DNA of 40,000 bases. It comes from Klenkia brasiliensis. GTDB lineage: Bacteria > Actinomycetota > Actinomycetes > Mycobacteriales > Geodermatophilaceae. This document shows, piece after piece, positions 28,411-39,296 of this stretch. How positions within the stretch are numbered: position 1 is the first letter of the stretch; every line of letters starts with the position of its first letter. Position numbers and translations under genes: made by a program. The notes under the pieces were generated by a model that did not search any database, had not been told where the DNA came from, and was given only the letters and a program-made list of their open reading frames with translations. The stretch lies in contig NZ_FNCF01000001.1 in assembly GCF_900100695.1 (NCBI RefSeq), positions 362,060 to 402,059 on the forward strand, written 5' to 3'.

Positions 28411-28414
<4 letters not shown>
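27800..28414 (-). CDS. folE: GTP cyclohydrolase I FolE
   Basis: 204 aa. [43 protein letters not shown]. The GTG start overlaps the ftsH TGA. Confidence 0.95.
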
Positions 28415-30423
<2,009 letters not shown>

Positions 30424-30590
30424 ACCGATGCCGGGCGACCGGGTGACCCCGGGGTGCCCGTCGACCCTCCTGCTCGTCCGGGGACGCCGCGCGGCGTGAG
30501 TCCTCCTGCGCCGCGACGGGCGACGTCGTCGGATCGACGGTACACCGGGGACGCTGTGCGCCCCCTGGTCAACGGCTGGTGATCAACCCG

Positions 30591-31172
30591 CTAGGAGGAG
30601 TACACCTCGGGCTTGAGGGTGGCGATGTAGGGCAGGTCCCGGTACCGCTCGGCGTAGTCCAGGCCGTAGCCCACGACGAACTCGTTGGGGATGTCGAAGC
30701 CGACGTACTCGACCGGGACGTCGACCTTGACCGCGTCGGGCTTGCGCAGCAGCGCGCACACCTCGAGGCTGGCCGGCCCGCGCGAGCCCAGGTTCTTCAG
30801 CAGCCAGGACAGGGTCAGCCCGGAGTCGATGATGTCCTCGAGCACCAGCACGTGCTTGCCGGTGATGTCGCGGTCGAGGTCCTTGAGGATCCGCACGATG
30901 CCCGAGGAGCTGGTGGCCGAGCCGTAGGAGGAGACGGCCATGAACTCCATCTGGGTGGGCAGCTGCAGCGCCCGGGCGAAGTCGCTCATGAACAGCACCG
31001 CACCCTTGAGCACCCCGACCAGCAGGACCTCGCGGCCGGCGTAGTCGACGGCGATCCGGTCGGCGAGCTCGCGGATCTTGTCGTCGATCTGCTCGGTGGT
31101 CAGCAGCACGTGGTCGATGTCGGGGCCGTAGCCGTGGTCCGGGCCGAGGGGGCCGCGGGGCGTCTCGCTCAC
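30591..31172 (-). CDS. hpt: Hypoxanthine phosphoribosyltransferase
   Basis: 193 aa. PRPP-binding motif [14 protein letters not shown], with [10 protein letters not shown] upstream. The GTG start overlaps the tilS TGA. Confidence 0.95.
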   Translation of the reverse strand: MSETPRGPLGPDHGYGPDIDHVLLTTEQIDDKIRELADRIAVDYAGREVLLVGVLKGAVLFMSDFARALQLPTQMEFMAVSSYGSATSSSGIVRILKDLDRDITGKHVLVLEDIIDSGLTLSWLLKNLGSRGPASLEVCALLRKPDAVKVDVPVEYVGFDIPNEFVVGYGLDYAERYRDLPYIATLKPEVYSS

Positions 31173-32140
31173 GGGTGGGGCTCCTCGCTGGGGGGTGCGC
31201 TGGGGTCTGCTCGGGGGCCTTGCAGCGCAAGCCTGCCAGACGCCCGGACGACGCCCCCACCGCCGGGGAGGTCCACCCGGCCCTGCCCGCGCCAGCCGAC
31301 GACGAGGGCGTCGACGGCGTGCAGGTGGACGGCGGCCAGGTCACCGGTGCCCGCCTCGAGCAGCCACCGGCGCAGCACCCGGCGGCGCAGCGCGGCCGGC
31401 AGCGGGGCCAGCGCGGCGCAGTCGGTGGGGTCGGCGACGGCGGCGGCCAGCTCGTCGAGGGCCTCGGTGTCCTCGCGCAGCAGGTCCGCCGTCCGGGCCA
31501 GGGCCGCGGCGACCCCGCCGCCGAGCACGTCCTCCAGCAGCGGCAGCACCTCGGTGCGCAGCCGGACCCGGGTGAACGCGGGGTCGGTGTTGTGCGGGTC
31601 GTCCCACACCGGCAGGCCCAGGGCGGTGCACGCGGCCCGGGTGCTGGCCCGCGGCAGGCCCAGCAGCGGGCGCCACCACGGCGGGCGCGACCCGGCCATC
31701 CCGGCGATCGACCGCGGGCCGCTCCCCCGCCCCAGGCCCAGCAGCACGGTCTCGGCCTGGTCGTCGCGGGTGTGGCCCAGCGCCACCCGCGCGCCGTGCT
31801 CGCCGGCGGCGGCCGACAGCGCGGCGTACCGGGCCTCCCGCGCCGCCGCCTCCGGGCCCCCCGCCGTCCCCACCCGGACGCGGCGGACCAGCACCGGGTC
31901 CAGCCCGAGGTCGCGCAGCAGCCCGGCCGTGGTCGCCGCGCGCTCGGCGGAGCCGGGCTGCAGGCCGTGGTCGACGGTCACCGCCCCGGCCGGCACCCCG
32001 GCGCGGGGTGCCTCGAAGGCGACCGCGGCGGCCAGCGCCAGGGAGTCCGCGCCGCCGCTGCAGGCCACCAGCACCGGGCCGGTGAGGCCGGGGCGCACCG
32101 CCGAGCGGACCGCGGCGACGGCGGGGTCGGGTCCGGCCAC
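31169..32140 (-). CDS. tilS: tRNA(Ile)-lysidine synthase TilS
   Basis: 323 aa. PP-loop [35 protein letters not shown]. The GTG lies 1 nt after the upstream gene's TGA. Confidence 0.85.
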   Translation of the reverse strand: MAGPDPAVAAVRSAVRPGLTGPVLVACSGGADSLALAAAVAFEAPRAGVPAGAVTVDHGLQPGSAERAATTAGLLRDLGLDPVLVRRVRVGTAGGPEAAAREARYAALSAAAGEHGARVALGHTRDDQAETVLLGLGRGSGPRSIAGMAGSRPPWWRPLLGLPRASTRAACTALGLPVWDDPHNTDPAFTRVRLRTEVLPLLEDVLGGGVAAALARTADLLREDTEALDELAAAVADPTDCAALAPLPAALRRRVLRRWLLEAGTGDLAAVHLHAVDALVVGWRGQGRVDLPGGGGVVRASGRLALQGPRADPSAPPSEEPHP

Positions 32141-32141
32141 C

Positions 32142-33215
32142 TCAGTAGGGGGTGATGACCCGGTCGACCCAGCGCTGGGGGTCGGTCAGCTCCTCCTTGC
32201 GCGGCAGGGTCCCGGGCGACGTCCAGACCGTGTTGAAGGCCTCCATGCCGACCCGGTCGACGACGCCGGCGACGAAGTGCCGGCCGTCGGCGTACTGCTG
32301 CATCTTCTGCTCCAGGCCCAGCAGCCGGCGCAGCACGCGGTCCAGCGGGCCGACGCCCTTGCGGCGCTGGCCGAAGCGCGTGCGCAGGGTGCGCACGCTG
32401 GGGACGACGTCGGGGCCCACCCCGTCCATGACGAACTCCGCGTGCCCCTCCACCAGGCTCATCACCGCGGTGACCCGGTCGAGCACGGCCTGCTGGGCGG
32501 GGTCGCCGACCAGCGCCATCAGCCCGCCCGGGGCGTCGCCGTCGACGGGCTTGCCGCGCACGGCGTCGGAGAGGCTGGCCACCACGTCGCGCAGCCGCTC
32601 GCGCAGCGCCGCGGGGTCGAGGTCGCTGACCCGGACGAACTCCTGGACCTGGGACTCCAGGTAGGTGCGCAGCCACGGGAAGGCGGTGAACTGCAGCTGG
32701 TGGGTGACCTCGTGCAGGCAGACCCACAGCCGGAAGTCATGCGGGTCGACGCCCAGCTTCCGCTCGGCGTCGACGATGTTGGGCGCCACGAGCAGCAGCC
32801 GGCCGCCGGTGCCGAAGACCTCGTACTGGCCGAGCACCTTGGACGACACGAAGGCCAGCACACCGCCGGCCTGCAGCCCGGTCGCCCGCCCGCCGACCGC
32901 CCGGGCGACCGCGCCGGGGCGGGTCCCGCTCCGCTCCTGCAGCGCCTCGGTCAGCGGGTCCAGCAGCGCAGCCATGCCGCCGGTGTTGGCCCGCACCCAG
33001 CCGGGCCGGTCGACCACCGCGGTGACCGGGGTGGGGGCGCCGGCGGCGGGGGTCAGCCCGGTGAGGCCCTCGACGTGGGCGACCGCGGTGCCGGCGCACC
33101 GGTGCAGCTCCTCGACCACCGCGGCGGCCTCGGCGCGGGTGGTCTCCGGGCCGGCGCCGGCCAGCCGCGAGGCCGTGCGCGCGGCCAGGTCCCAGTCCAC
33201 CAGCGAGTCGGGCAT
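32142..33215 (-). CDS. Zinc-dependent metalloprotease (zincin, DUF2342-like; Rv3626c-like)
   Basis: Start re-called to ATG 33215 ([14 protein letters not shown]...). HExxH motif [16 protein letters not shown] lies 6 nt upstream of the ATG with no SD. Confidence 0.8.
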   Translation of the reverse strand: MPDSLVDWDLAARTASRLAGAGPETTRAEAAAVVEELHRCAGTAVAHVEGLTGLTPAAGAPTPVTAVVDRPGWVRANTGGMAALLDPLTEALQERSGTRPGAVARAVGGRATGLQAGGVLAFVSSKVLGQYEVFGTGGRLLLVAPNIVDAERKLGVDPHDFRLWVCLHEVTHQLQFTAFPWLRTYLESQVQEFVRVSDLDPAALRERLRDVVASLSDAVRGKPVDGDAPGGLMALVGDPAQQAVLDRVTAVMSLVEGHAEFVMDGVGPDVVPSVRTLRTRFGQRRKGVGPLDRVLRRLLGLEQKMQQYADGRHFVAGVVDRVGMEAFNTVWTSPGTLPRKEELTDPQRWVDRVITPY

Positions 33216-33221
33216 GCGCCG

Positions 33222-33227
33222 ACGGTA
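33222..33227 (-). promoter_or_regulatory. -10 hexamer TACCGT, 6 nt from ATG 33215 of the zincin gene (leaderless architecture)
   Basis: Reverse complement cgTACCGTcggcgcATG; no SD. Confidence 0.45.
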
Positions 33228-33261
33228 CGGGCCCCGGCGGCACGGGCCCCGACGTCGCGGC

Positions 33262-34668
33262 TCAGGAGCAGCCGCAGGCGGCCATGCGGGCGGCGACGGC
33301 GTCCAGCGCGGCCTCCGACGCCGACACGTTGCCCGGTGTGCCGTCGGCGAGCAGGGCGAAGGCGAGCAGCCGGCCGTCGGCGGTGACCACCAGCCCGGCG
33401 AGCGCACTGGTGGTGGCCAGCGTGCCGGTCTTGGCGCGCACCGTGCCGGGCGCGGTGGCGGGGTCGGCGTCGCCGCGGTCGGCCAGCGTCCCGGTGTAGC
33501 CGGCGACCGGCAGGCCGGACAGCAGGGCGCCGAGCTCGGGCTGCGCGCCGCCGGCGGCGGCCTCCAGGACGTCGACCAGCAGCCGGGCGGGCACCCGGTC
33601 GGTGCCCGACAGCCCGCTGCCGTCGGACAGGGTCAGCCCGGTGGTGCCGAACCCGGCGGCGGCGACGGCGGCGGTGACCGCCTCGGCGGAGCCGGCGAAG
33701 CTGGCCTCCCGGCCGGTGGCCAGCGCGACCTGGCGGGCGAGGTCCTCGGCGAGGAGGTTGTCCGAGGCGGTGAGCGCCTGCTCGACCAGCCGCTCGACCG
33801 GCGCCGACCGCACCGTGCCGAGCACCTGCGCGCCGGCCGGGGCGGTGCCGAGGGAGACCGGGGCGCCGGGGACCCCGAGCGCGGTGGCCAGGGCGGCGCC
33901 GGCGTCGGTGCCGGGCTGGCCGCTGCGCTGGGCGAGGCCGGGGTCGACCCGGGCGCCGTCGACGGCGGCGGCGGTGACCGGGGCGGCGTAGGTCGAGGGC
34001 GCGTCCTCCGAGCCCCAGGCGGGGGCGGTGAGCGGGCCGGTGTAGAGCGAGCCGTCGACGACGACCGAGGTGACCGGCGCCCCGCCGAGGGCGGCCTGCA
34101 CCTGGGCGGCGAGGTCGGCGACCGTGGCCGCGCCCGGGTAGCTCTGCGAGGGCGCGGTGGTGGACAGCGTCGGGTCACCGCCGCCGACGAGCACGACCTC
34201 GCCCGGCTGCGCACCGGCGACCACCCGGGTCTCGATGGTGGCGCCGGGCCCCAGGGTGGTCAGCGCGGCGAGGCCGGTGAGCAGCTTGGCGGTCGACGCC
34301 GGGGTGCCCGGGTCGTCGGCGTCGGTGTCGAGCAGGGTGGTGCCGGTCGCGACGTCGACCACCTCGGCGGACAGGCCGCTGCCCAGCGCGGGTGCGGCCA
34401 GCAGGGGAGCCAGCGCGGCCTGCAGCGTGACCGGGTCGGGGGTCGGGGCGCCGGTGGACAGCGCGGCCAGCGCCGCGGCGGGCTCGGTGAGCTCCGGCAG
34501 CTGCGCCTCGGGGACGGCGACGGCGTCGGTGGGGACGGCGGCGACGGCGTCCGGGTCGGGGTCCTCGCGGGTGGCCAGCAGCACCGCGCCGGCCCCGAGC
34601 GCGGCGACCACGCAGAGGGCGACCAGGACCTGCCAGAGGCGCTTGCGCCAGTTCCTGCGGGGCCGCAC
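33262..34668 (-). CDS. dacB: D-alanyl-D-alanine carboxypeptidase/endopeptidase (PBP4, peptidase S13)
   Basis: SxxK (ASTAKLL), SxN (ASDNLL) and KTG (RAKTGTL) motifs. Start re-called to GTG 34668, giving [32 protein letters not shown] (signal/anchor). GTG 34767 is the alternative. Confidence 0.8.
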   Translation of the reverse strand: MRPRRNWRKRLWQVLVALCVVAALGAGAVLLATREDPDPDAVAAVPTDAVAVPEAQLPELTEPAAALAALSTGAPTPDPVTLQAALAPLLAAPALGSGLSAEVVDVATGTTLLDTDADDPGTPASTAKLLTGLAALTTLGPGATIETRVVAGAQPGEVVLVGGGDPTLSTTAPSQSYPGAATVADLAAQVQAALGGAPVTSVVVDGSLYTGPLTAPAWGSEDAPSTYAAPVTAAAVDGARVDPGLAQRSGQPGTDAGAALATALGVPGAPVSLGTAPAGAQVLGTVRSAPVERLVEQALTASDNLLAEDLARQVALATGREASFAGSAEAVTAAVAAAGFGTTGLTLSDGSGLSGTDRVPARLLVDVLEAAAGGAQPELGALLSGLPVAGYTGTLADRGDADPATAPGTVRAKTGTLATTSALAGLVVTADGRLLAFALLADGTPGNVSASEAALDAVAARMAACGCS

Positions 34669-34762
34669 GGAGACCGGTGCAGGGGCCGGCGGGGCGCTGG
34701 CGATGACCCCTCCCCCACAAGGTTGTCCGACCCTCGGGGTCCCACGACCGCCGGGCGTGGGC

Positions 34763-34768
34763 CACACT
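34763..34768 (+). promoter_or_regulatory. Possible -10-like CACACT, 6 nt from the ppa GTG
   Basis: gcCACACTacgtcgGTG; no SD. The same hexamer and spacing occur at arsR. Non-canonical first base. Confidence 0.3.
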
Positions 34769-34774
34769 ACGTCG

Positions 34775-35269
34775 GTGCAGTTCGACGTGACGGTAGAGAT
34801 CCCCAAGGGCCAGCGGAACAAGTACGAGCTGGACCACGCCACTGGACGCATCCGGCTGGACCGGATGCTGTTCACCTCGACGCGGTACCCGGCCGACTAC
34901 GGGTACATCGAGGCGACCCTCGGTCAGGACGGCGACCCGCTCGACGCGCTCGTGCTCCTGGAGGAGCCGACGTTCCCCGGGTGCCTCATCACCTGCCGGG
35001 CCATCGGCATGTTCCGGATGACCGACGAGGCCGGGGGTGACGACAAGGTGCTCACCGTGCCGGCGACCGACCCGCGGATGGCCCACCTGAAGGACATCAC
35101 CGACGTGTCGGAGTTCGACCGGCTGGAGATCCAGCACTTCTTCGAGACCTACAAGGACCTCGAGCCCGGCAAGAGCGTCGAGGGCGCCAACTGGGTCGGC
35201 CTCGCCGAGGCCGAGGCCGAGATCAACGCCTCCTTCGAGCGCGCCAAGCAGGCCTCGAACCACCACTGA
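34775..35269 (+). CDS. ppa: Inorganic pyrophosphatase (family I)
   Basis: From GTG 34775: [21 protein letters not shown]...YPADYGYI...[10 protein letters not shown]...DDKVL, typical family I PPase. 164 aa. Confidence 0.95.
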   Translation: MQFDVTVEIPKGQRNKYELDHATGRIRLDRMLFTSTRYPADYGYIEATLGQDGDPLDALVLLEEPTFPGCLITCRAIGMFRMTDEAGGDDKVLTVPATDPRMAHLKDITDVSEFDRLEIQHFFETYKDLEPGKSVEGANWVGLAEAEAEINASFERAKQASNHH

Positions 35270-35300
35270 CCACGCCGGCCCACCACCGCACCCGGACGAC

Positions 35301-35337
35301 CGAGGGGCGCCGCACCGAGCAGGTGCGGCGCCCCTCG
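35301..35337. terminator. Bidirectional hairpin between convergent ppa and nitronate monooxygenase gene
   Basis: cgaggggcgccgcacc-gagca-ggtgcggcgcccctcg: perfect 16-bp stem. Confidence 0.65.
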
Positions 35338-35342
35338 TCGTG

Positions 35343-36317
35343 TCAGACCGGCGCGGGGGTGATGACGGCGGCGTCGAGGGCGGCCTTGGCCTCGGCGTAC
35401 TCCCGGCCCAGCCGGGCGACCAGCTCGGCGGCGGGGACGACGGCGTCCACCGTGCCGATGCCCTGGCCCGAGCCCCACACGTCGCGCCAGGCCTTGGCCC
35501 CGCCGTCGGACCCGAAGCTCATCGCGCTGGGGTCGGAGGTGGGCAGGTCGGCCGGGTCGAGACCGGCGGCGCGGATGGAGCCGGCCAGGTAGTTGCCGTG
35601 CACGCCGGTGAACAGGTTGCTGTAGACGATGTCGGCGGCGGAGCTGTCGACCACCATCTGCTTGTAGCCCTCGGCCGCGCGGGCCTCGGTGGTGGCCAGG
35701 AACGCCGAGCCGACGTAGGCGAGGTCGGCGCCGGCGGCCTGCGCGGCCAGCACGGACGAGCCGTGCGCGATGGCGCCGGACAGCGCCAGCGGGCCGTCGA
35801 ACCAGCGGCGGATCTCCCGCACCAGCGCGAACGGCGACGTCGTCCCCGCGTGGCCGCCCGCGCCGGCCGCGACCGCGATGAGCCCGTCGGCGCCCTTGTC
35901 GACCGCCTTGTGCGCGAACCGGTCGTCGATGACGTCGTGCAGCACGATGCCGCCGTAGGAGTGCACCGCGTCGTAGACGTCCTCGCGGGCGCCCAGCGAG
36001 GTGATCACGATCGGGACCTGGTGCTCGACGCAGAGCGCGACGTCGGCCGCGAGCCGGTCGTTGGAGCGGTGCACGATCTGGTTGACCGCGTAGGGGGCGA
36101 CGGTCGCGCCGGTGGCCGCGGCGGCGGCGAGCCGCTCGTCGATCTCGGTCAGCCAGTCACCGAGCTGGGCGGCCGGGCGGGCGTTGAGCGCCGGGAAGGA
36201 GCCGACCACGCCGGCCGAGCACTGGGCGACGACCAGGTCGGGACCGGAGACGATGAACATCGGCGAGGCGACGACCGGCAGGCTCAGCCGTCCCCGCAGC
36301 ACGTCGGGCAGGGTCAT
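35343..36317 (-). CDS. Nitronate monooxygenase / 2-nitropropane dioxygenase family FMN oxidoreductase
   Basis: 324 aa. LSLPVVASPMFIVSGPDLVVAQCSAGVVGSF, GADGLIAVAAGAGGHAGT, AGADLAYVGSAFLAT typical of the NMO TIM-barrel family. Confidence 0.85.
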   Translation of the reverse strand: MTLPDVLRGRLSLPVVASPMFIVSGPDLVVAQCSAGVVGSFPALNARPAAQLGDWLTEIDERLAAAAATGATVAPYAVNQIVHRSNDRLAADVALCVEHQVPIVITSLGAREDVYDAVHSYGGIVLHDVIDDRFAHKAVDKGADGLIAVAAGAGGHAGTTSPFALVREIRRWFDGPLALSGAIAHGSSVLAAQAAGADLAYVGSAFLATTEARAAEGYKQMVVDSSAADIVYSNLFTGVHGNYLAGSIRAAGLDPADLPTSDPSAMSFGSDGGAKAWRDVWGSGQGIGTVDAVVPAAELVARLGREYAEAKAALDAAVITPAPV

Positions 36318-36324
36318 GGCCGGG

Positions 36325-36330
36325 ACGGTA
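36325..36330 (-). promoter_or_regulatory. -10 hexamer TACCGT, 7 nt from ATG 36317 of the nitronate monooxygenase gene (leaderless architecture)
   Basis: Reverse complement gtgTACCGTcccggccATG; no SD. Confidence 0.45.
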
Positions 36331-36378
36331 CACAGTCAGCCCTGACCGCCCACGACGACGCTGCCGGGCGGCCCGGGG

Positions 36379-36795
36379 TCACCCGGTGGCCGGTGCGGTG
36401 CCCAGCTCGACGAGCAGGCCGCGGATGCGCGCCTCGATCTCGTCCCGGATGGGCCGGACCGCGTCCACGTCCTGGCCGGCGGGGTCGGGCAGGTCCCAGT
36501 CCAGGTAGCGCTTGCCCGGGAAGACCGGGCAGGCGTCGCCGCAGCCCATGGTGATGACGACGTCCGAGGCCTGCACGGCCTCGGCGGTGAGCACCGTCGG
36601 GGCGGCGGCGGAGATGTCGACGCCGACCTCGGCCATCGCCGCCACCGCGGCGGGGTTGACCCGGTCGCCGGGCAGCGAGCCGGCGGACCGGACCTCGACG
36701 GCGTCCCCGGCCAGGTGGGCCAGCCAGCCGGCGGCCATCTGCGAGCGGCCGGCGTTGTGCACGCAGACGAACAGGACGCTGGGGGTGCTCACCAC
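36379..36795 (-). CDS. arsC: Arsenate reductase, LMW-PTPase type
   Basis: VLFVCVHNAGRSQMAAGW (CX5R-S P-loop), ITMGCGDACP, DWDLPDP. In-frame GTGs at 36795 and 36792; the latter overlaps the acr3 TGA. Confidence 0.85.
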   Translation of the reverse strand: MVSTPSVLFVCVHNAGRSQMAAGWLAHLAGDAVEVRSAGSLPGDRVNPAAVAAMAEVGVDISAAAPTVLTAEAVQASDVVITMGCGDACPVFPGKRYLDWDLPDPAGQDVDAVRPIRDEIEARIRGLLVELGTAPATG

Positions 36796-37919
36796 TGGCT
36801 CCTCGAGGACGGGGTGACAGGGACGGTGGGGTCGCCGGGGAACCAGCGGCGGGCGGCCCACAGGGAGACGTAGACCAGGGCGACCAGGACGGGGACCTCG
36901 ACGAGGGGTCCGACGACGCCGGCGAGGGCCTGCCCGGACGTCACCCCGAAGGTGCCGATGGCGACGGCGATGGCCAGTTCGAAGTTGTTGCCGGCGGCGG
37001 TGAAGGCCAGCGTGGCGGTCCTGGCGTAGCCCAGGCGCAGCCGCAAGCCGAGCAGGAACGACCCGCCGAACACGAGCGCGAAGTAGGCGACCAGGGGGAC
37101 GGCGATGCGGACGACGTCCCACGGCTTCGAGGTGATCGCCTCCCCCTGCAGGGCGAAGAGCACCACGACGGTGAAGAGCAGGCCGTAGAGGGCGACGGGC
37201 CCGATGCGGGGCAGGAACCGGGACTCGTACCAGTCGCGGCCGCGGGTGCGCTCGCCGACGGTGCGGGTGGCGAACCCGGCGGCCAGCGGGATGCCGAGGA
37301 AGACCAGGACCGAGGTGACGATGGCCCAGACGCTGACCTCGGCCGAGGTGGTCGACAGGCCCAGCCAGCCAGGCAGGACCTGCAGGTAGAACCAGCCCAG
37401 GGCGGCGAAGGCCAGGATCTGGAAGACCGAGTTGATGGCGACCAGGACGGCGGCGGCCTCGCGGTCCCCGCAGGACAGGTCGTTCCAGATCAGCACCATC
37501 GCGATGCACCGGGCCAGGCCCACGATGACCAGCCCGGTGCGGTACTCGGGCAGGTCGGGCAGCAGCAGCCAGGCCAGCGCGAACATGAGCGCCGGGCCCA
37601 CCAGCCAGTTCAGGGCGAGGGAGGCCAGCAGGAGCCTGCGGTCGCCGGTGACGCGGTCGAGCTCGGCGTAGCGGACCTTCGCCAGCACCGGGTACATCAT
37701 CAGCAGCAGCCCGACGGCGATCGGCAGGCTGACGTCGCCGACCGTGACCGCCTCGAGCGCAGTGCCGAGGCCTGGGACGGAGCGGCCCAGCAGGAGCCCG
37801 AGGGCCATGGCCGCGACGATCCAGACCGGGACGAACCGGTCCAGGGTGGACAGCTGCACCAGGACCGGGGTGCCGGGGGTCGAGCCCGGGCGGCGGGCCT
37901 CGCGGACGGGATCGCTCAC
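36789..37919 (-). CDS. acr3: Arsenite efflux permease ACR3
   Basis: 376 aa, about 10 TM helices. Conserved GLARCIAMVLIWN (catalytic Cys) and AAGNNFELAIAVA (Glu) motifs of the Acr3 family. The GTG start overlaps the arsM TGA. Confidence 0.9.
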   Translation of the reverse strand: MSDPVREARRPGSTPGTPVLVQLSTLDRFVPVWIVAAMALGLLLGRSVPGLGTALEAVTVGDVSLPIAVGLLLMMYPVLAKVRYAELDRVTGDRRLLLASLALNWLVGPALMFALAWLLLPDLPEYRTGLVIVGLARCIAMVLIWNDLSCGDREAAAVLVAINSVFQILAFAALGWFYLQVLPGWLGLSTTSAEVSVWAIVTSVLVFLGIPLAAGFATRTVGERTRGRDWYESRFLPRIGPVALYGLLFTVVVLFALQGEAITSKPWDVVRIAVPLVAYFALVFGGSFLLGLRLRLGYARTATLAFTAAGNNFELAIAVAIGTFGVTSGQALAGVVGPLVEVPVLVALVYVSLWAARRWFPGDPTVPVTPSSRSQW

Positions 37920-38677
37920 GGGGCGGGCTCGGCGGGCTTGGTGGCGGCGACGACCGCGCCGTGCAGGCCGTCGGCGACCTCGTGGGTGAAGGTGACGGTG
38001 GCGTCGACGAACCCGGCCGCGGCCAGCCCGGTCAGGTACTCCTCGCGGGACAGGGCGCCGGCGATGCAGCCGACGTAGGAGCCGCGCTCGGCGCGCTCGT
38101 CGGGGGTGACGTGGTCCTCGGCGACGACGTCGGAGATCCCGATCCGACCACCGGGGGCCAGCACGCGGAAGGTCTCGGCGAGCACGGCGGGCTTGTCGGT
38201 GGACAGGTTGACCACGCAGTTGGAGATCACCACGTCGACCGCGGCGTCGGGCAGGGGGAGCTCCTCGATGGTGCCGGCCAGGAACTCCACGTTCGTCACC
38301 CCGGCCTTCGCCGCGTTGGCGCGGGCCAGCTCGAGCATCTCGGCGGTCATGTCCACGCCGTAGGCGAAGCCGGACGGGCCCACCCGGCGGGCGGACAGCA
38401 GCACGTCGATGCCCCCGCCCGAGCCCAGGTCCAGCACCCGCTCACCCGGGCGCAGGTCCGCCACCGCCAGCGGGTTGCCGCACCCCAGCGAGGCCAGCAC
38501 CGCCTCGGCGGGCAGCTGCGCGCTGGACCCGGCGTCGTACAGCGCGGCACCGAACCGGTCGTCGACCTGCAGCACCTCCGCCGCGGGAGCGCAGCACCCG
38601 TCCGTGCCGCCGTCGGTGACCGCCCGGGCGGCAGCGGCGTACCGCGCCCGGACCTCCTCGCGCAGGCCGTCGGCCAT
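37916..38677 (-). CDS. arsM: Arsenite S-adenosylmethionine methyltransferase ArsM
   Basis: Start re-called to ATG 38677 (GGAGGGG SD). MADGLREEVRARYAAAAR..., an N-terminal CC pair (DGCCAP), LGCGNP, SAM motif VLDLGSGGGID, and further Cys in SNCVVNL and YVGCIAG. Confidence 0.85.
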   Translation of the reverse strand: MADGLREEVRARYAAAARAVTDGGTDGCCAPAAEVLQVDDRFGAALYDAGSSAQLPAEAVLASLGCGNPLAVADLRPGERVLDLGSGGGIDVLLSARRVGPSGFAYGVDMTAEMLELARANAAKAGVTNVEFLAGTIEELPLPDAAVDVVISNCVVNLSTDKPAVLAETFRVLAPGGRIGISDVVAEDHVTPDERAERGSYVGCIAGALSREEYLTGLAAAGFVDATVTFTHEVADGLHGAVVAATKPAEPAP

Positions 38678-38691
38678 GGCCCCTCCGATCC

Positions 38692-38707
38692 ATCGACGAC
38701 TGTCGAT
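38692..38707. promoter_or_regulatory. ArsR-type operator candidate 1: ATCGAC-GACT-GTCGAT
   Basis: Perfect 6-bp inverted half-sites with a 4-bp spacer (7-bp arms CATCGAC/GTCGATG with flanks). 15-30 nt upstream of the arsM ATG, just upstream of its SD. Confidence 0.55.
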
Positions 38708-38711
38708 GGGG

Positions 38712-38740
38712 ACCCTGCCGCAGACATCGACGATCGTCAA
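38712..38740 (-). promoter_or_regulatory. Putative arsM-acr3-arsC promoter (-35 TTGACG, 17-nt spacer, -10 CAGGGT)
   Basis: Reverse complement of 38735-38740 is TTGACG and of 38712-38717 is CAGGGT. The predicted TSS falls inside operator site 1, and the -35 lies in site 2. Confidence 0.35.
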
Positions 38741-38741
38741 T
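38726..38741. promoter_or_regulatory. ArsR-type operator candidate 2: ATCGAC-GATC-GTCAAT
   Basis: Same motif with one mismatch in the right arm. Directly abuts site 3. Confidence 0.5.
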
Positions 38742-38757
38742 ATCGACAGCTGTCGAT
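38742..38757. promoter_or_regulatory. ArsR-type operator candidate 3: ATCGAC-AGCT-GTCGAT
   Basis: Perfect 16-bp palindrome, 21 nt upstream of the arsR ATG. Confidence 0.55.
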
Positions 38758-38771
38758 GCGTGCGGCACACT
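38743..38771 (+). promoter_or_regulatory. Putative arsR promoter (-35 TCGACA, 17-nt spacer, -10 CACACT, 6 nt to ATG)
   Basis: The -35-like TCGACA is part of operator site 3. No SD before ATG 38778, suggesting a leaderless arsR. Confidence 0.35.
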
Positions 38772-38777
38772 CGGCCC

Positions 38778-39134
38778 ATGACGACGGCGCTGCACACGAC
38801 GGCCGCCACCCAGGCCTGCTGCGCACCGCTGGTCGCCGCTCCCCTCGACCCGCAGGACGCCGAGGCGCTGGCGCGCACGCTCAAGGCCCTCGCCGACCCC
38901 ACCCGGCTCCGGCTGCTGTCGCTGGTCGCCGCGCACGAGGGCGGGGAAGCCTGCGTGTGCGACCTCACCGACCCCGTCGGCCTCTCCCAGCCGACGGTGT
39001 CCCACCACCTCAAGGTGCTCGTCGACGCCGGCCTGCTCACCCGCGACAAGCGCGGCGTGTGGGCCTACTACGCCCTGGTGCCCGGCGCGCTGGACGCGGT
39101 CGCGGCCGTGCTGGGCACGCAGCTGCGCCGCTGA
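38778..39134 (+). CDS. arsR: ArsR/SmtB-family metalloregulator
   Basis: 118 aa from ATG 38778. Winged HTH LADPTRLRLLSLV...CVCDL...LSQPTVSHHLKVLVDAGL. Divergent from arsM. Confidence 0.85.
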   Translation: MTTALHTTAATQACCAPLVAAPLDPQDAEALARTLKALADPTRLRLLSLVAAHEGGEACVCDLTDPVGLSQPTVSHHLKVLVDAGLLTRDKRGVWAYYALVPGALDAVAAVLGTQLRR

Positions 39135-39164
39135 GGAGGGCCCCGGCGCTGCGGGTGGGAGGAG

Positions 39165-39237
39165 AGCCGCCTGTCGGAATCGAACCGACGACCTTCTCAT
39201 TACGAGTGAGATGCTCTACCGACTGAGCTAAGGCGGC
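39165..39237 (-). tRNA. tRNA-Thr (anticodon CGU)
   Basis: Folded by hand from the reverse complement: GCCGCCT-TA-GCTC-AGTCGGTA-GAGC-A-TCTCA-CTCGTAA-TGAGA-AGGTC-GTCGG-TTCGATT-CCGAC-AGGCGGC-T. All four stems are fully Watson-Crick, 73 nt, CCA not encoded. Confidence 0.9.
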
Positions 39238-39296
39238 GTTGGTGCGTCGAGGAGCCTACGCGACGGCGGTGCCGCACCCGGGCGCCACCCCGGACC

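Noticed and set aside
30484-30497. Perfect 14-bp palindrome ACGCCGCGCGGCGT in the ftsH leader
   Set aside because: It is made only of G/C-rich dinucleotides, and such palindromes are expected by chance at this GC content. There is no second copy or recognisable regulator motif.
33227-33250. 9-bp direct repeat ACGGGCCCC x2 (15-bp period) between dacB and the zincin gene
   Set aside because: Short, low complexity and GC-rich, so probably chance. The adjacent TACCGT hexamer is the more meaningful element.
30579-35040. Long plus-strand ORFs 30579..33386 (935 aa) and 32665..35040 (791 aa)
   Set aside because: They are antisense to hpt, tilS, zincin and dacB, which all carry diagnostic motifs. 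The translations are low complexity with no motifs.
35343-39237. ars/NMO segment as a tRNA-integrated mobile genomic island
   Set aside because: I found no integrase, recombinase, transposase or direct repeat of the tRNA-Thr 3' half (gagccgcctgtcggaatcgaacc) in the window. GC content looks like the flanks. Kept only as a possible ancient acquisition.
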